Shown: positions 40,705 to 48,791 of the stretch, one piece after another
How positions within the stretch are numbered: the stretch's first letter is position 1
Layout of the letters: the number at the start of each line of letters is the position of its first letter
Virus record (IMG/VR): IMGVR_UViG_3300038314_001498
DNA length: 64,000 bases
Source of the DNA: an uncultured virus (IMG/VR IMGVR_UViG_3300038314_001498)
Taxonomy: Duplodnaviria > Heunggongvirae > Uroviricota > Caudoviricetes > Crassvirales
Direction: 5' to 3' (one strand)
Made by a program: the position numbers and the translations under genes
The notes under the pieces: model-generated
Seen by the model: the letters and a program-made list of their open reading frames with translations, nothing else
Told to the model about the DNA's origin: nothing
The model's database searches: none

Positions 40705-40957
40705 AACGTATTTGTATAACCGTTGTTACGTGAATTAAAAACTTAAAATTATAAAAATGAACGAAAGACAAAACAAAATAGCAAAAAGAGCAGATAAACT
40801 GCAAGAAGATTTACAAAGTATAATTAATGTAGGGAAAAAAGTAAAAGGTAGTGAAGCTCATTACATTGATTTTGTAACTGCCTTTTTTATACACAGAATA
40901 GCTGCACTAGAAATTGAATTAGAAAACCTAAAAAAGTAATAACGGTTATACATTGTT
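40705..40957 (+). repeat. attC-like site 16
   Basis: GTATAACCGTTGTTAC / GTAATAACGGTTATAC arms. Confidence 0.85.
40757..40939 (+). CDS. hypothetical protein in attC-like loop
   Basis: Stop codon lies in the right arm. Confidence 0.6.
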   Translation: MNERQNKIAKRADKLQEDLQSIINVGKKVKGSEAHYIDFVTAFFIHRIAALEIELENLKK

Positions 40958-40983
40958 GTATGACGAAGTGAACAGTAAAAATT

Positions 40984-41163
40984 ATGGAATTAGAAACAAT
41001 AATAACAAAAGATAAAGAGCAATTTTTACAAAAAGAAAAACCTTGGTTTCATTGGCGAAGTTTTAAAGCATTTAGAAAATTTATGGAAGAAGATGCTGTT
41101 GAGTGTAAAAATTGTGGGACTTGGTATTGGGAAGGATGTAATAAGAGATGTGATTGCAAATAA
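40984..41163 (+). CDS. 59 aa Cys-rich protein (cassette)
   Basis: ...VECKNCGTWYWEGCNKRCDCK, translated by eye. Confidence 0.55.
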   Translation: MELETIITKDKEQFLQKEKPWFHWRSFKAFRKFMEEDAVECKNCGTWYWEGCNKRCDCK

Positions 41164-41177
41164 TTTTTATTGCATAC

Positions 41178-41305
41178 AACGTTTAGTATAAGAATAGTAG
41201 CCGAGCAAACAGGTAAAAAAATTGAGTTAAACAAATAATTAATAAGTAAGTAAGTAATAGCCTCTAAAAAGACCTATAACAAGGCTATTATTTTTATACA
41301 TTGTT
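41178..41305 (+). repeat. attC-like site 17
   Basis: GTATAAGAATAGTAGCC / GGCTATTATTTTTATAC arms. Confidence 0.85.
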
Positions 41306-41321
41306 ATAGGGCGTTTTTATT

Positions 41322-41537
41322 ATGAAGTACATAAATGTAAACAAAATAATTGCTGCCGATATTTTAGAACCTTATGAAAATAGCGGTGAAAGTTGGGATA
41401 TTGGAAGTACAAGAGGATGGCAAGTTTCATTTTTATTAGGATATAGAGAAGGCTATCCAGAATGGATTTTAGTAGATAAAGAAACTAAAGAAGATTGTAT
41501 AAAACTTATTGAATCGTTTGGGTTAAATGCCCTATAA
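41322..41537 (+). CDS. hypothetical protein (cassette)
   Basis: Fills GTTATAGGGCGTTT...AAATGCCCTATAAC; stop inside TAAC. Confidence 0.65.
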   Translation: MKYINVNKIIAADILEPYENSGESWDIGSTRGWQVSFLLGYREGYPEWILVDKETKEDCIKLIESFGLNAL

Positions 41538-41658
41538 CGGTTTTGTATAAGCGCAGTAGCGGATTTTATGCAACTGCTATTCGGTTAAAATGAAACTTAA
41601 ATATAAACAAAAACGGTTCAAGTTTGCACCTGAACCGCTATTGCGTTTATACCATGTT
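41536..41658 (+). repeat. attC-like site 18
   Basis: GTATAAGCGCAGTAGCGG / CCGCTATTGCGTTTATAC arms. Confidence 0.85.
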
Positions 41659-41866
41659 ATGCCATGTCATCTCTCTTCCATATTTTTTTAATTAATGGTT
41701 TCATAATATGAACATTTAAAATATAAGTTATGGGTGTACATATTACAATACCGATTAAATACCATATCAGATTATTTGCGGTACAACCGTGAATGATAAA
41801 TGTAAATAATAGAATAACACAAGTTTGGAAGAAGGCATTTTTCAGTTCTAACCACCTAATTCGCAT
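41657..41866 (-). CDS. small two-TM protein (possible immunity protein)
   Basis: Overlaps the end of the Gly-zipper gene; stop inside minus-strand TAAC. Confidence 0.55.
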   Translation of the reverse strand: MRIRWLELKNAFFQTCVILLFTFIIHGCTANNLIWYLIGIVICTPITYILNVHIMKPLIKKIWKRDDMA

Positions 41867-42618
41867 CGAACACCTTCTTCAACCGCGCCAACAACAGCAC
41901 CTCGTACCATGCCAACTATCATACCACCCATGCATCCGGCCGCAACAGACCCAGGGTTAAAACCTAAAAATGCACCAGTAATGCAGCCACGAACAAAACC
42001 TTGTGCTGCACCGAATAACGCTCCCCAAGCGGCACCTTTAACTGCTCTGTCGGCACAATTATCCTTTTGATAAACTCTAAGAGTATAATAGTCATAAATC
42101 CCATCAAAAGCAGCTATAACTGGCATAAATCTTTCTTCTAGTTGTTCATTTGAATTTGAAATAGCATTAAGAAAATTTTCTTTTTCTGTATCGAAATATA
42201 GCATAAAACCATCCAAATCGTCTCGGTTGTAATAATCAAGAGTTTTGGTTAAAAATTCTTTTTCAAGTTCTGAAATATTCATATTCTCAATCTCTTGTTC
42301 GCTGAGAAAAGTTACCATTTCTTGGTTATAAACTGTTGCTACTTCTGGTGATGATTCGTACAAAGAAGTTTCGAACAATTCGAAAACATCATTGGAAATT
42401 GCTTCATTTGTAGGTATAGATTTATAGTCTAAATTTTCGGAAGCAAGCAGGTTATTATACAAATTTGTTTTTATAACCTCATAAATATTGTTACTTTTAG
42501 TAAGATGACTTTGTTGGAATTTACTATTGTCATTTGCAATATCATCTTCACTACAACTATTAAATGTAAGTGCCATAAAGAACATTAAAAACGGCACGTA
42601 TTTCCCAAATTGTTTCAT
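41848..42618 (-). CDS. lipoprotein with a C-terminal glycine-zipper (bacteriocin-like) domain
   Basis: Signal peptide plus SCSEDD lipobox; GAAWGALFGAAQG...GGMIVGMVRGAVVGA. Confidence 0.7.
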   Translation of the reverse strand: MKQFGKYVPFLMFFMALTFNSCSEDDIANDNSKFQQSHLTKSNNIYEVIKTNLYNNLLASENLDYKSIPTNEAISNDVFELFETSLYESSPEVATVYNQEMVTFLSEQEIENMNISELEKEFLTKTLDYYNRDDLDGFMLYFDTEKENFLNAISNSNEQLEERFMPVIAAFDGIYDYYTLRVYQKDNCADRAVKGAAWGALFGAAQGFVRGCITGAFLGFNPGSVAAGCMGGMIVGMVRGAVVGAVEEGVRCELGG

Positions 42619-42879
42619 TTTAAATAAGATTTATGTCGCTTTATCCTAACTTTTAAGCGACTATTTTAATTATGTTTCTTAACTCACTTCGCAGTGCAAT
42701 CAAACTGTTGTTTTGAAGCTCGGCTACTCGATTATTTTAAATGGTTTTTCGCTTTCACATACTCCATTTTGGATTTGGATTGTCAGCCCCATAATAACTT
42801 TGTTTTATTTGTTATCAAAATTAAAAATGACGTTCTAAAAAACTATTTAAAGGTTTGCTAAAATGCTGTTAATGATATG

Positions 42880-42923
42880 GCATAACTAAAGAATAACTAC
42901 ACCAAACAAAAAACTTAATAATA
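42880..42923 (-). other. putative attI-like site
   Basis: The last AAC has no attC stem; minus strand reads GTAGTTATTCTTTA-GTTATGC; lies just upstream of the recombinase. Confidence 0.55.
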
Positions 42924-43724
42924 ATGTGCAATTCAAAAAACATAAGTGTTGTTTTAAAAGAGTTTGAACAATTACTACAGCTAAAATACTCTGGTAGAAC
43001 ACCTGCAAACTATCTTTATCATGTAAAACTATTTTTAAACTATTCTGATAACGTTCCGTTAAGAGTAAATAATGAGGATATACTTAATTACAATATATCA
43101 ATAAGAAATAAAAGCAATAGTTTTAGAAACGTGGCTATAAATGCTATAAAGTCTTATTTTAAGTTGTACCTTAGAAAGCAAGTTAAAGGTTTTAGTTCCA
43201 TTAGACCACCAAAAGAATACAAAAAGCCAAAAGTATATGATTGTTATATTTTAAGTGAAAAGATACAAAATATAGAAAACAAAAAACACAAGGCAATACT
43301 AGCTTTATCTCTTTGCTGTTGGCTCAGAAAATCCGAACTTTTAAATATAAAAATATCGGATATTAATGGTAGCTTAATGACGTTGAAAATAAACCAATCA
43401 AAAGGCTGTAAAGATAGAGTTGTTATTATAAGTGAAAACACAATTAATATTTTAAGAGAATATCATAAAGAATACAAACCAAAAGAATATTTATTTGAAG
43501 GGTTAAATGGTGGTAAATATAGCTCTACGAGTGTAGATAAAATAACTAAGAAGTATCTTTATAAAGACATGAGATTTCATTCATTAAGGGCTTCAGGTGC
43601 TACATTTGCATTAAGTAACGGAACAGATCTAAAAACAGTTTCTAAAATACTAGGTCACAAACACATTCAAACAACGGAATATTACATTCCTATACTTTAT
43701 AAAACTATTAAACAAGCGATATGA
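42924..43724 (+). CDS. compact tyrosine recombinase (integron-integrase/XerD-like)
   Basis: YS.RT..NY N-domain; LRKSE, SKGCKDR, FHSLRAS, LGHK, TTEYY catalytic set; no arm-binding domain. Confidence 0.9.
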   Translation: MCNSKNISVVLKEFEQLLQLKYSGRTPANYLYHVKLFLNYSDNVPLRVNNEDILNYNISIRNKSNSFRNVAINAIKSYFKLYLRKQVKGFSSIRPPKEYKKPKVYDCYILSEKIQNIENKKHKAILALSLCCWLRKSELLNIKISDINGSLMTLKINQSKGCKDRVVIISENTINILREYHKEYKPKEYLFEGLNGGKYSSTSVDKITKKYLYKDMRFHSLRASGATFALSNGTDLKTVSKILGHKHIQTTEYYIPILYKTIKQAI

Positions 43725-44137
43725 GTTTTAATGTCCGACTTACAACTATAAATGATTACCCAGAACTTATAACCTGGTGGAAATGGCATCGTTGGTCCAA
43801 CCCACCTTCAATAGAGCTATTAGATAATCTTAAGTTTGGTATTATGGTTAGCCAAGGATATGAAAATATTTGTGCTGGATTCATTTACTTTACAAATGCA
43901 CGAGCCTTCGGACTATTAGAATATGTCATATCTAATCACAAAGTAAAAAACAAAGCCGTTAGGAAAGAAGCTTTAAAACTACTTGTAGCATCGTTAATAG
44001 ATATAGCTAAAAAAAAAGGAATGAATACTATTATTACTTTTGTAAAACAGCCTAACTTAATAAATACATTATCAGAGTGTGGTTTTATAAAATCTGCAGA
44101 AGGATATAGTAGTATGGTATTTAAACATAACTCTTAA
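43721..44137 (+). CDS. GNAT-like phage protein
   Basis: VRLTTINDYPELITWW...ICAGFIY...CGF fold pattern. Confidence 0.6.
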   Translation: MSFNVRLTTINDYPELITWWKWHRWSNPPSIELLDNLKFGIMVSQGYENICAGFIYFTNARAFGLLEYVISNHKVKNKAVRKEALKLLVASLIDIAKKKGMNTIITFVKQPNLINTLSECGFIKSAEGYSSMVFKHNS

Positions 44138-47100
44138 CCAAATTCATACTAACAGCAAACAATTCGTTTTGTAATCCACCACTACTACTTAATTCAGCTT
44201 CTAAATAATAACCTCTAATTTCAGCACCTTCTATACGAGCATTTTTTAATGCATATACAAAATTATTAACTATAGGTGTGTTTGCCAACGCATCTACAGT
44301 TATAATCCCTGTACTTCTGTCAATAGCGGTAATAGTGCCTAATTCTTCTTGTAAACCACCATTAATCTGATATAAATCATCACCTATACTTACAGAGTCA
44401 TTTATCCTTGAAAAAGTAATTTGCAAAGTGTCTAAAGCTGTTATATTTCCTATACCAAAACTTCTGCGATTAATATCTGATGAACTTTCATTTTGCCTTA
44501 AATAAGCAAACCATCGACTTTCTTTTTGGTTAAATTCTGAACTAGATATACTTCCTTGACTTAGATTATTTTCAAAATCCACTGACCAAGCTCGATCAGA
44601 TTCTAATACGCAGGCTTTATAAATCTTGTCTATTTGATGTGATTCGTTAAAAATAGTAGTAACCTTGGCCTCATAAGAAATATTATAAAAAATACATGTC
44701 GTAGATCCTGTATGATGTTGCCAAAGCTCACCATCTTTTATTGTATAAAACGTATTGTTTAGCTTAACTATCCAATCTGGCAAATAACTATAAAATGAAG
44801 TCCATCCTTTTACTTTTTCATCAAAACTAAGTGTATTACCATCTAGGCTTACAACGTATTGTCCTGTATGGTTATCGTAACCACCTAAGATTAAATCTAA
44901 GGTATCAGATTTAAATACGTCTCTAAACCAATCACGCATACCAAAATTGCTAATAATTTCAATACCACTTCTACCTTTTCTTAACATTACCCCTCTTCTA
45001 GCGTCAGCCCAATACGTATAATTACCATACACAGCTAAACTTTCTGGATGCGTACTTATACCAAACTCACCAGCATAAGGTCTTATGTTCTTTAAAATAT
45101 CTTCAGACTTAACAAGGTTTTCATTATTAGATTGGTCATATAAAACAGAACTGTCATAAAATACTTGGGTTACTTTATCTTCTTGGTACACATCTAAATC
45201 TGTATTCCATGACACCATACGCTGTATAGAACCATAAGCATCATCCAGGTCTTTAAAGTTTTTTAAAGATAAATTAAACTCATTTAAAGCGTTATAATTT
45301 GTGGTCTGTTCAAACACACCTCCCCAAGTATAAGATGCGATACGCTTATTCTGTCTATAATCCTCAATAGGTGTGCTGCTACGACTATCCATTTTCATGG
45401 TTCGCGCATTAAACTCATCACGTATTTTATAACTCTCAAAACCATTACCCCAGCTTATACAATTAAAAATTGGTAATATAAATTCACCACTCACACCATC
45501 CTCTTGGTCGGTATCATTTTCGTCAAAACCTAAATGATAACCTTCTTCATCAATAACATAAGTTCTTCCAATTTCAAAAAACTGATCTAAGTCTAAATCT
45601 GCTGATTCTATTTCTTTTTCAAAAATAGGCAACTGCTCTAAAGAACGAACTTCGATATAACTATCACTATATACGTCTCTACTAGAATTTCTACTATCTC
45701 GTCTCGATTTTATAAGCAAAATATCATATTCACCAGACGAATTGATTTCAATATTATGTGTAATTCTACCAAAATAGTTTACTTCAGTTAAATTTGCTTT
45801 TCTAAACCAGAATTTATCTAATGTCTGGTCAAAATCAGATTCAGCAGCGATTTGTGTATAGATTTCATCGCCATAGTACCACTCTTCTAAACTTTCATAA
45901 TCTGCACTACTTATAAAGTCTAAAGTAAAACGATCTATGTCATCACTGTTCTCTTTTTTTGAGTAGTATTTTAAGGTTATAATACTTCCTATTGTTATAG
46001 TATCGTTATATCCATACAACGCGTAAGAGTGGTTATCTTCATCAGCAGAAAACCCTAGATTAACTTTTACTAACCAATTGTCATTTGGCCCATGACCTGT
46101 AGTAGCTGCAAACGTAATATCGACATCTGCATCTAAAGCTTGTGATGCACCTGTAATAGCATATCCTTCACCAGTATTATCATCCCAACTACTATATGTA
46201 CCGTCAGTCTGCTGGGTACGCCATCTAAAAGTGTCTGTAGCACCTGTGCTAAATATCTCTATTTCATATCGTAAATCAGCACTACCACTATATAAAGAGT
46301 TGGCTGTAATATCATTTAAAGTGTCTCCTTTAAAAACAACAGAAACATGATCCAATCCTTCATTTGTCATACGGTCACTGTTCTCACTCTTGTCATAATC
46401 TAATAGTTCAAAAAAACTATAAGAATCCTCATCAAAACGTACATCTTCATTCAGTATAGATGTTTTTATATAAAAACCTTCTGGCTGACCACCATTATCC
46501 TCGCTTATAAAATCTTTATCCTTACGATCTACCTCTAACACTTTTAACTTAACAATGTTAGACTTTATCTCTTCAGTATCAGCTTTTACAATTAGAAAAT
46601 CATTTTCCTTTACCTTATCTACATCACTAGCTTGGATATAAAAATAGATGTAATTTGTTTCCGTAAAGAATAAAGTAGGTACAATTGTCTCGTACTCTTG
46701 CTTACTCTCTTTTATAAAAAAGCGACAATATTTTGCAAAACACGGTGCTTTATTAGGAATAATAACTTTTATACGGTTCTGCAATATGGATTCATCATTA
46801 TCAAAACGTATGGTATTGGTATCACTTGTTAACGGTGTAGTCATACGTCCAAACCCATCCAAATAGACTCTGGCAATCTCGTAATCTCTATTAGTTTTTA
46901 AACTTTGTGTAGCAGTACCTTCTCCAATAGCATCCTGTACTTTTTCTAATGTAAAGTCTGTAGAAAAAGGTGAGTCGTCACACTCTATAAGGTTATAGTT
47001 TTCAGTATAGTTTCCAAAAACAATTGTATTGTTTATTACAGCAATACTCTTTGCTAATAAAGGTACATTGTCGTAAAGTCTAAATAGTTCATCTGGTGGT

Positions 47101-48005
47101 AATAATTTATACTTTTTATTATTGGTAAATTCAAACGTTTCGGTACTATCATCTGCCCAACCATTTTCAGTCTTATTAAACGACTCAATAATATATACGT
47201 TGTTAGAGCCACTTTCTTTATACACTAACTCTATATCTGTAACCTCTGCACTTCCGGTATTAAATCCTATAGTAATACTATTATAAGCATTTACCATACT
47301 CTCATTAGATCCTGTGGCAAAACGATAAGAAAACGGTAAGCCATTAAACGCATGTTCACTTTGCGGAGACAAAGCACTGTACATACCATCTAAATACTTA
47401 TAGCGGTAACTAATAGTGATAAAGCGTTCTTTAATGTGGTTTTCTTTATTACCTGTATCATTTAAGCTTAATGTTGGTGCATATAAAGGTGGTTTTTTGA
47501 TTAATAATAATTGCTCTTCTGTAAAACCATCTAAGCCATAGGTTTTGGCACGCTCTATATTTATAAGCTTTGGTTGTGTATAATTGTCGGTCCATCCTAA
47601 ATATCTGTTACCGTTATCGCTATCCACAATCAATACCATTTGCAACCTATGGTCTTCCGAAAAATCAAGTTCTGGTATTGCGCGCTCGTCTTGTAATACA
47701 TAAGTCGCTGTACTACTGTCTACATCATATTCAATAACATAATTACCATTAGCACCTTTTACAGCCCAATAGATTTTATCTTCAAACGTATCAGATAGTG
47801 AGCCTAGTGTAACTGGGTCTGCCCCAAAATCTAAACTCGTTAATGCAGCGTTAGACAATACTTTTTCAATTGCACCAACGTCACTACCTTCACTATTAGC
47901 TACACGAATATTAGTTGCTGTGCGATATTGACCTTTTGGTAAAAGCCTGGCATCGGCATCCATGTTCATTTTTCCACCTACAAAAGTATTTCTTTCGGTT
48001 ATCAT
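44121..48005 (-). CDS. tail nozzle/stabilisation (muzzle-like) protein
   Basis: 1294 aa; F.GGKMNMD.D.RLLP.GQYR.A.N N-terminus and GWTSFYSY.P. Confidence 0.75.
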   Translation of the reverse strand: MITERNTFVGGKMNMDADARLLPKGQYRTATNIRVANSEGSDVGAIEKVLSNAALTSLDFGADPVTLGSLSDTFEDKIYWAVKGANGNYVIEYDVDSSTATYVLQDERAIPELDFSEDHRLQMVLIVDSDNGNRYLGWTDNYTQPKLINIERAKTYGLDGFTEEQLLLIKKPPLYAPTLSLNDTGNKENHIKERFITISYRYKYLDGMYSALSPQSEHAFNGLPFSYRFATGSNESMVNAYNSITIGFNTGSAEVTDIELVYKESGSNNVYIIESFNKTENGWADDSTETFEFTNNKKYKLLPPDELFRLYDNVPLLAKSIAVINNTIVFGNYTENYNLIECDDSPFSTDFTLEKVQDAIGEGTATQSLKTNRDYEIARVYLDGFGRMTTPLTSDTNTIRFDNDESILQNRIKVIIPNKAPCFAKYCRFFIKESKQEYETIVPTLFFTETNYIYFYIQASDVDKVKENDFLIVKADTEEIKSNIVKLKVLEVDRKDKDFISEDNGGQPEGFYIKTSILNEDVRFDEDSYSFFELLDYDKSENSDRMTNEGLDHVSVVFKGDTLNDITANSLYSGSADLRYEIEIFSTGATDTFRWRTQQTDGTYSSWDDNTGEGYAITGASQALDADVDITFAATTGHGPNDNWLVKVNLGFSADEDNHSYALYGYNDTITIGSIITLKYYSKKENSDDIDRFTLDFISSADYESLEEWYYGDEIYTQIAAESDFDQTLDKFWFRKANLTEVNYFGRITHNIEINSSGEYDILLIKSRRDSRNSSRDVYSDSYIEVRSLEQLPIFEKEIESADLDLDQFFEIGRTYVIDEEGYHLGFDENDTDQEDGVSGEFILPIFNCISWGNGFESYKIRDEFNARTMKMDSRSSTPIEDYRQNKRIASYTWGGVFEQTTNYNALNEFNLSLKNFKDLDDAYGSIQRMVSWNTDLDVYQEDKVTQVFYDSSVLYDQSNNENLVKSEDILKNIRPYAGEFGISTHPESLAVYGNYTYWADARRGVMLRKGRSGIEIISNFGMRDWFRDVFKSDTLDLILGGYDNHTGQYVVSLDGNTLSFDEKVKGWTSFYSYLPDWIVKLNNTFYTIKDGELWQHHTGSTTCIFYNISYEAKVTTIFNESHQIDKIYKACVLESDRAWSVDFENNLSQGSISSSEFNQKESRWFAYLRQNESSSDINRRSFGIGNITALDTLQITFSRINDSVSIGDDLYQINGGLQEELGTITAIDRSTGIITVDALANTPIVNNFVYALKNARIEGAEIRGYYLEAELSSSGGLQNELFAVSMNLVKSYV

Positions 48006-48021
48006 TTGTTGTTTATATATA

Positions 48022-48789
48022 CTAATAACTTGTTAAAGTCGTTCCGCTTTCAACGTTTTTAATAATACTATTTCTTACATATATATCAGCATTAGTACTT
48101 CTTATTTCTGCACCAAAAGAATCATCTGTTTTAGTAGCGCAACCATCTAACCACATTTGAGTTGCATCTGTTGAAGTACCACAAGCAAAATCCGATTTGT
48201 TACCAGCAATTGTAGAAGTTGAGTTATACGCTATACAATCTATATTTAAAGACTTTGCATTATTAACATCGTGAACATTTGGACCCTCATTAGAATGATA
48301 TATACCATTTATTCTTAATACAATAGCATCAGAATGCGCTGTGCTACCATTGTTAATTCCTGTAGATGCACCATAGCCATTTTCAAAAGCTACACAATTA
48401 ACCTCAATAGCAATAGTATCGCTATCATAATCAAACCCATCATCAAGATTTCTATATGCAGTGCAATTTTCTAAATAAACTTCTTTACCCGATTTATCGA
48501 ATAGAATACCATTAATGTCTGAATAAATAAAATCGCAATTATAAAATGAATCTGTAGAGTCGTTGCCGCTTAGAAAACTAAAGCCACCTAAAATAGTAAC
48601 GTTATCTAAATTAAACCAAGAAGAAATGGAATCAAATTTAAACTCCCTAGAATTTGATCTACCTGTTATTTTAGAAAGTGAAAAATGGTCTAACCACTCT
48701 TCAAACTCAGAATTGTTTTTTGGAAAATGGTGAATACCCTTTTCATCTTCGACAACTACATAATTGTCTTGAACATAAACTTTATTCAT
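48022..48789 (-). CDS. short tail appendage with a beta-helix-like C-terminus
   Basis: N-terminus paralogous to 48792..50831; NC.AY.N..DGF repeats. Confidence 0.6.
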   Translation of the reverse strand: MNKVYVQDNYVVVEDEKGIHHFPKNNSEFEEWLDHFSLSKITGRSNSREFKFDSISSWFNLDNVTILGGFSFLSGNDSTDSFYNCDFIYSDINGILFDKSGKEVYLENCTAYRNLDDGFDYDSDTIAIEVNCVAFENGYGASTGINNGSTAHSDAIVLRINGIYHSNEGPNVHDVNNAKSLNIDCIAYNSTSTIAGNKSDFACGTSTDATQMWLDGCATKTDDSFGAEIRSTNADIYVRNSIIKNVESGTTLTSY

Positions 48790-48791
48790 TT

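Larger units (their letters stand above)
32632..42886. mobile_element. integron-like cassette array (18 attC-like sites, 18 cassette bodies)
   Basis: Regular alternation AAC-N5/6-arm...arm'-N3-GTT-armB...armB'-AAC; ends 38 bp before a tyrosine recombinase gene. Confidence 0.9.

Noticed and set aside
32632..42886. CRISPR array
   Set aside because: No identical direct repeats with uniform spacers; units range from 29 to 1231 bp and are conserved in structure, not sequence; no cas genes.
32632..42886. Shufflon or invertible-segment system
   Set aside because: Each IR pair is unique, all sites share one polarity and nearly all ORFs face one way. This fits excision/integration better, though inversion is not experimentally excluded.
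32632..42886. Array IRs as ordinary intrinsic terminators
   Set aside because: Arms are often hundreds of bp apart, lack U-tracts, lie inside ORFs and always carry AAC/GTT boxes at fixed spacing.
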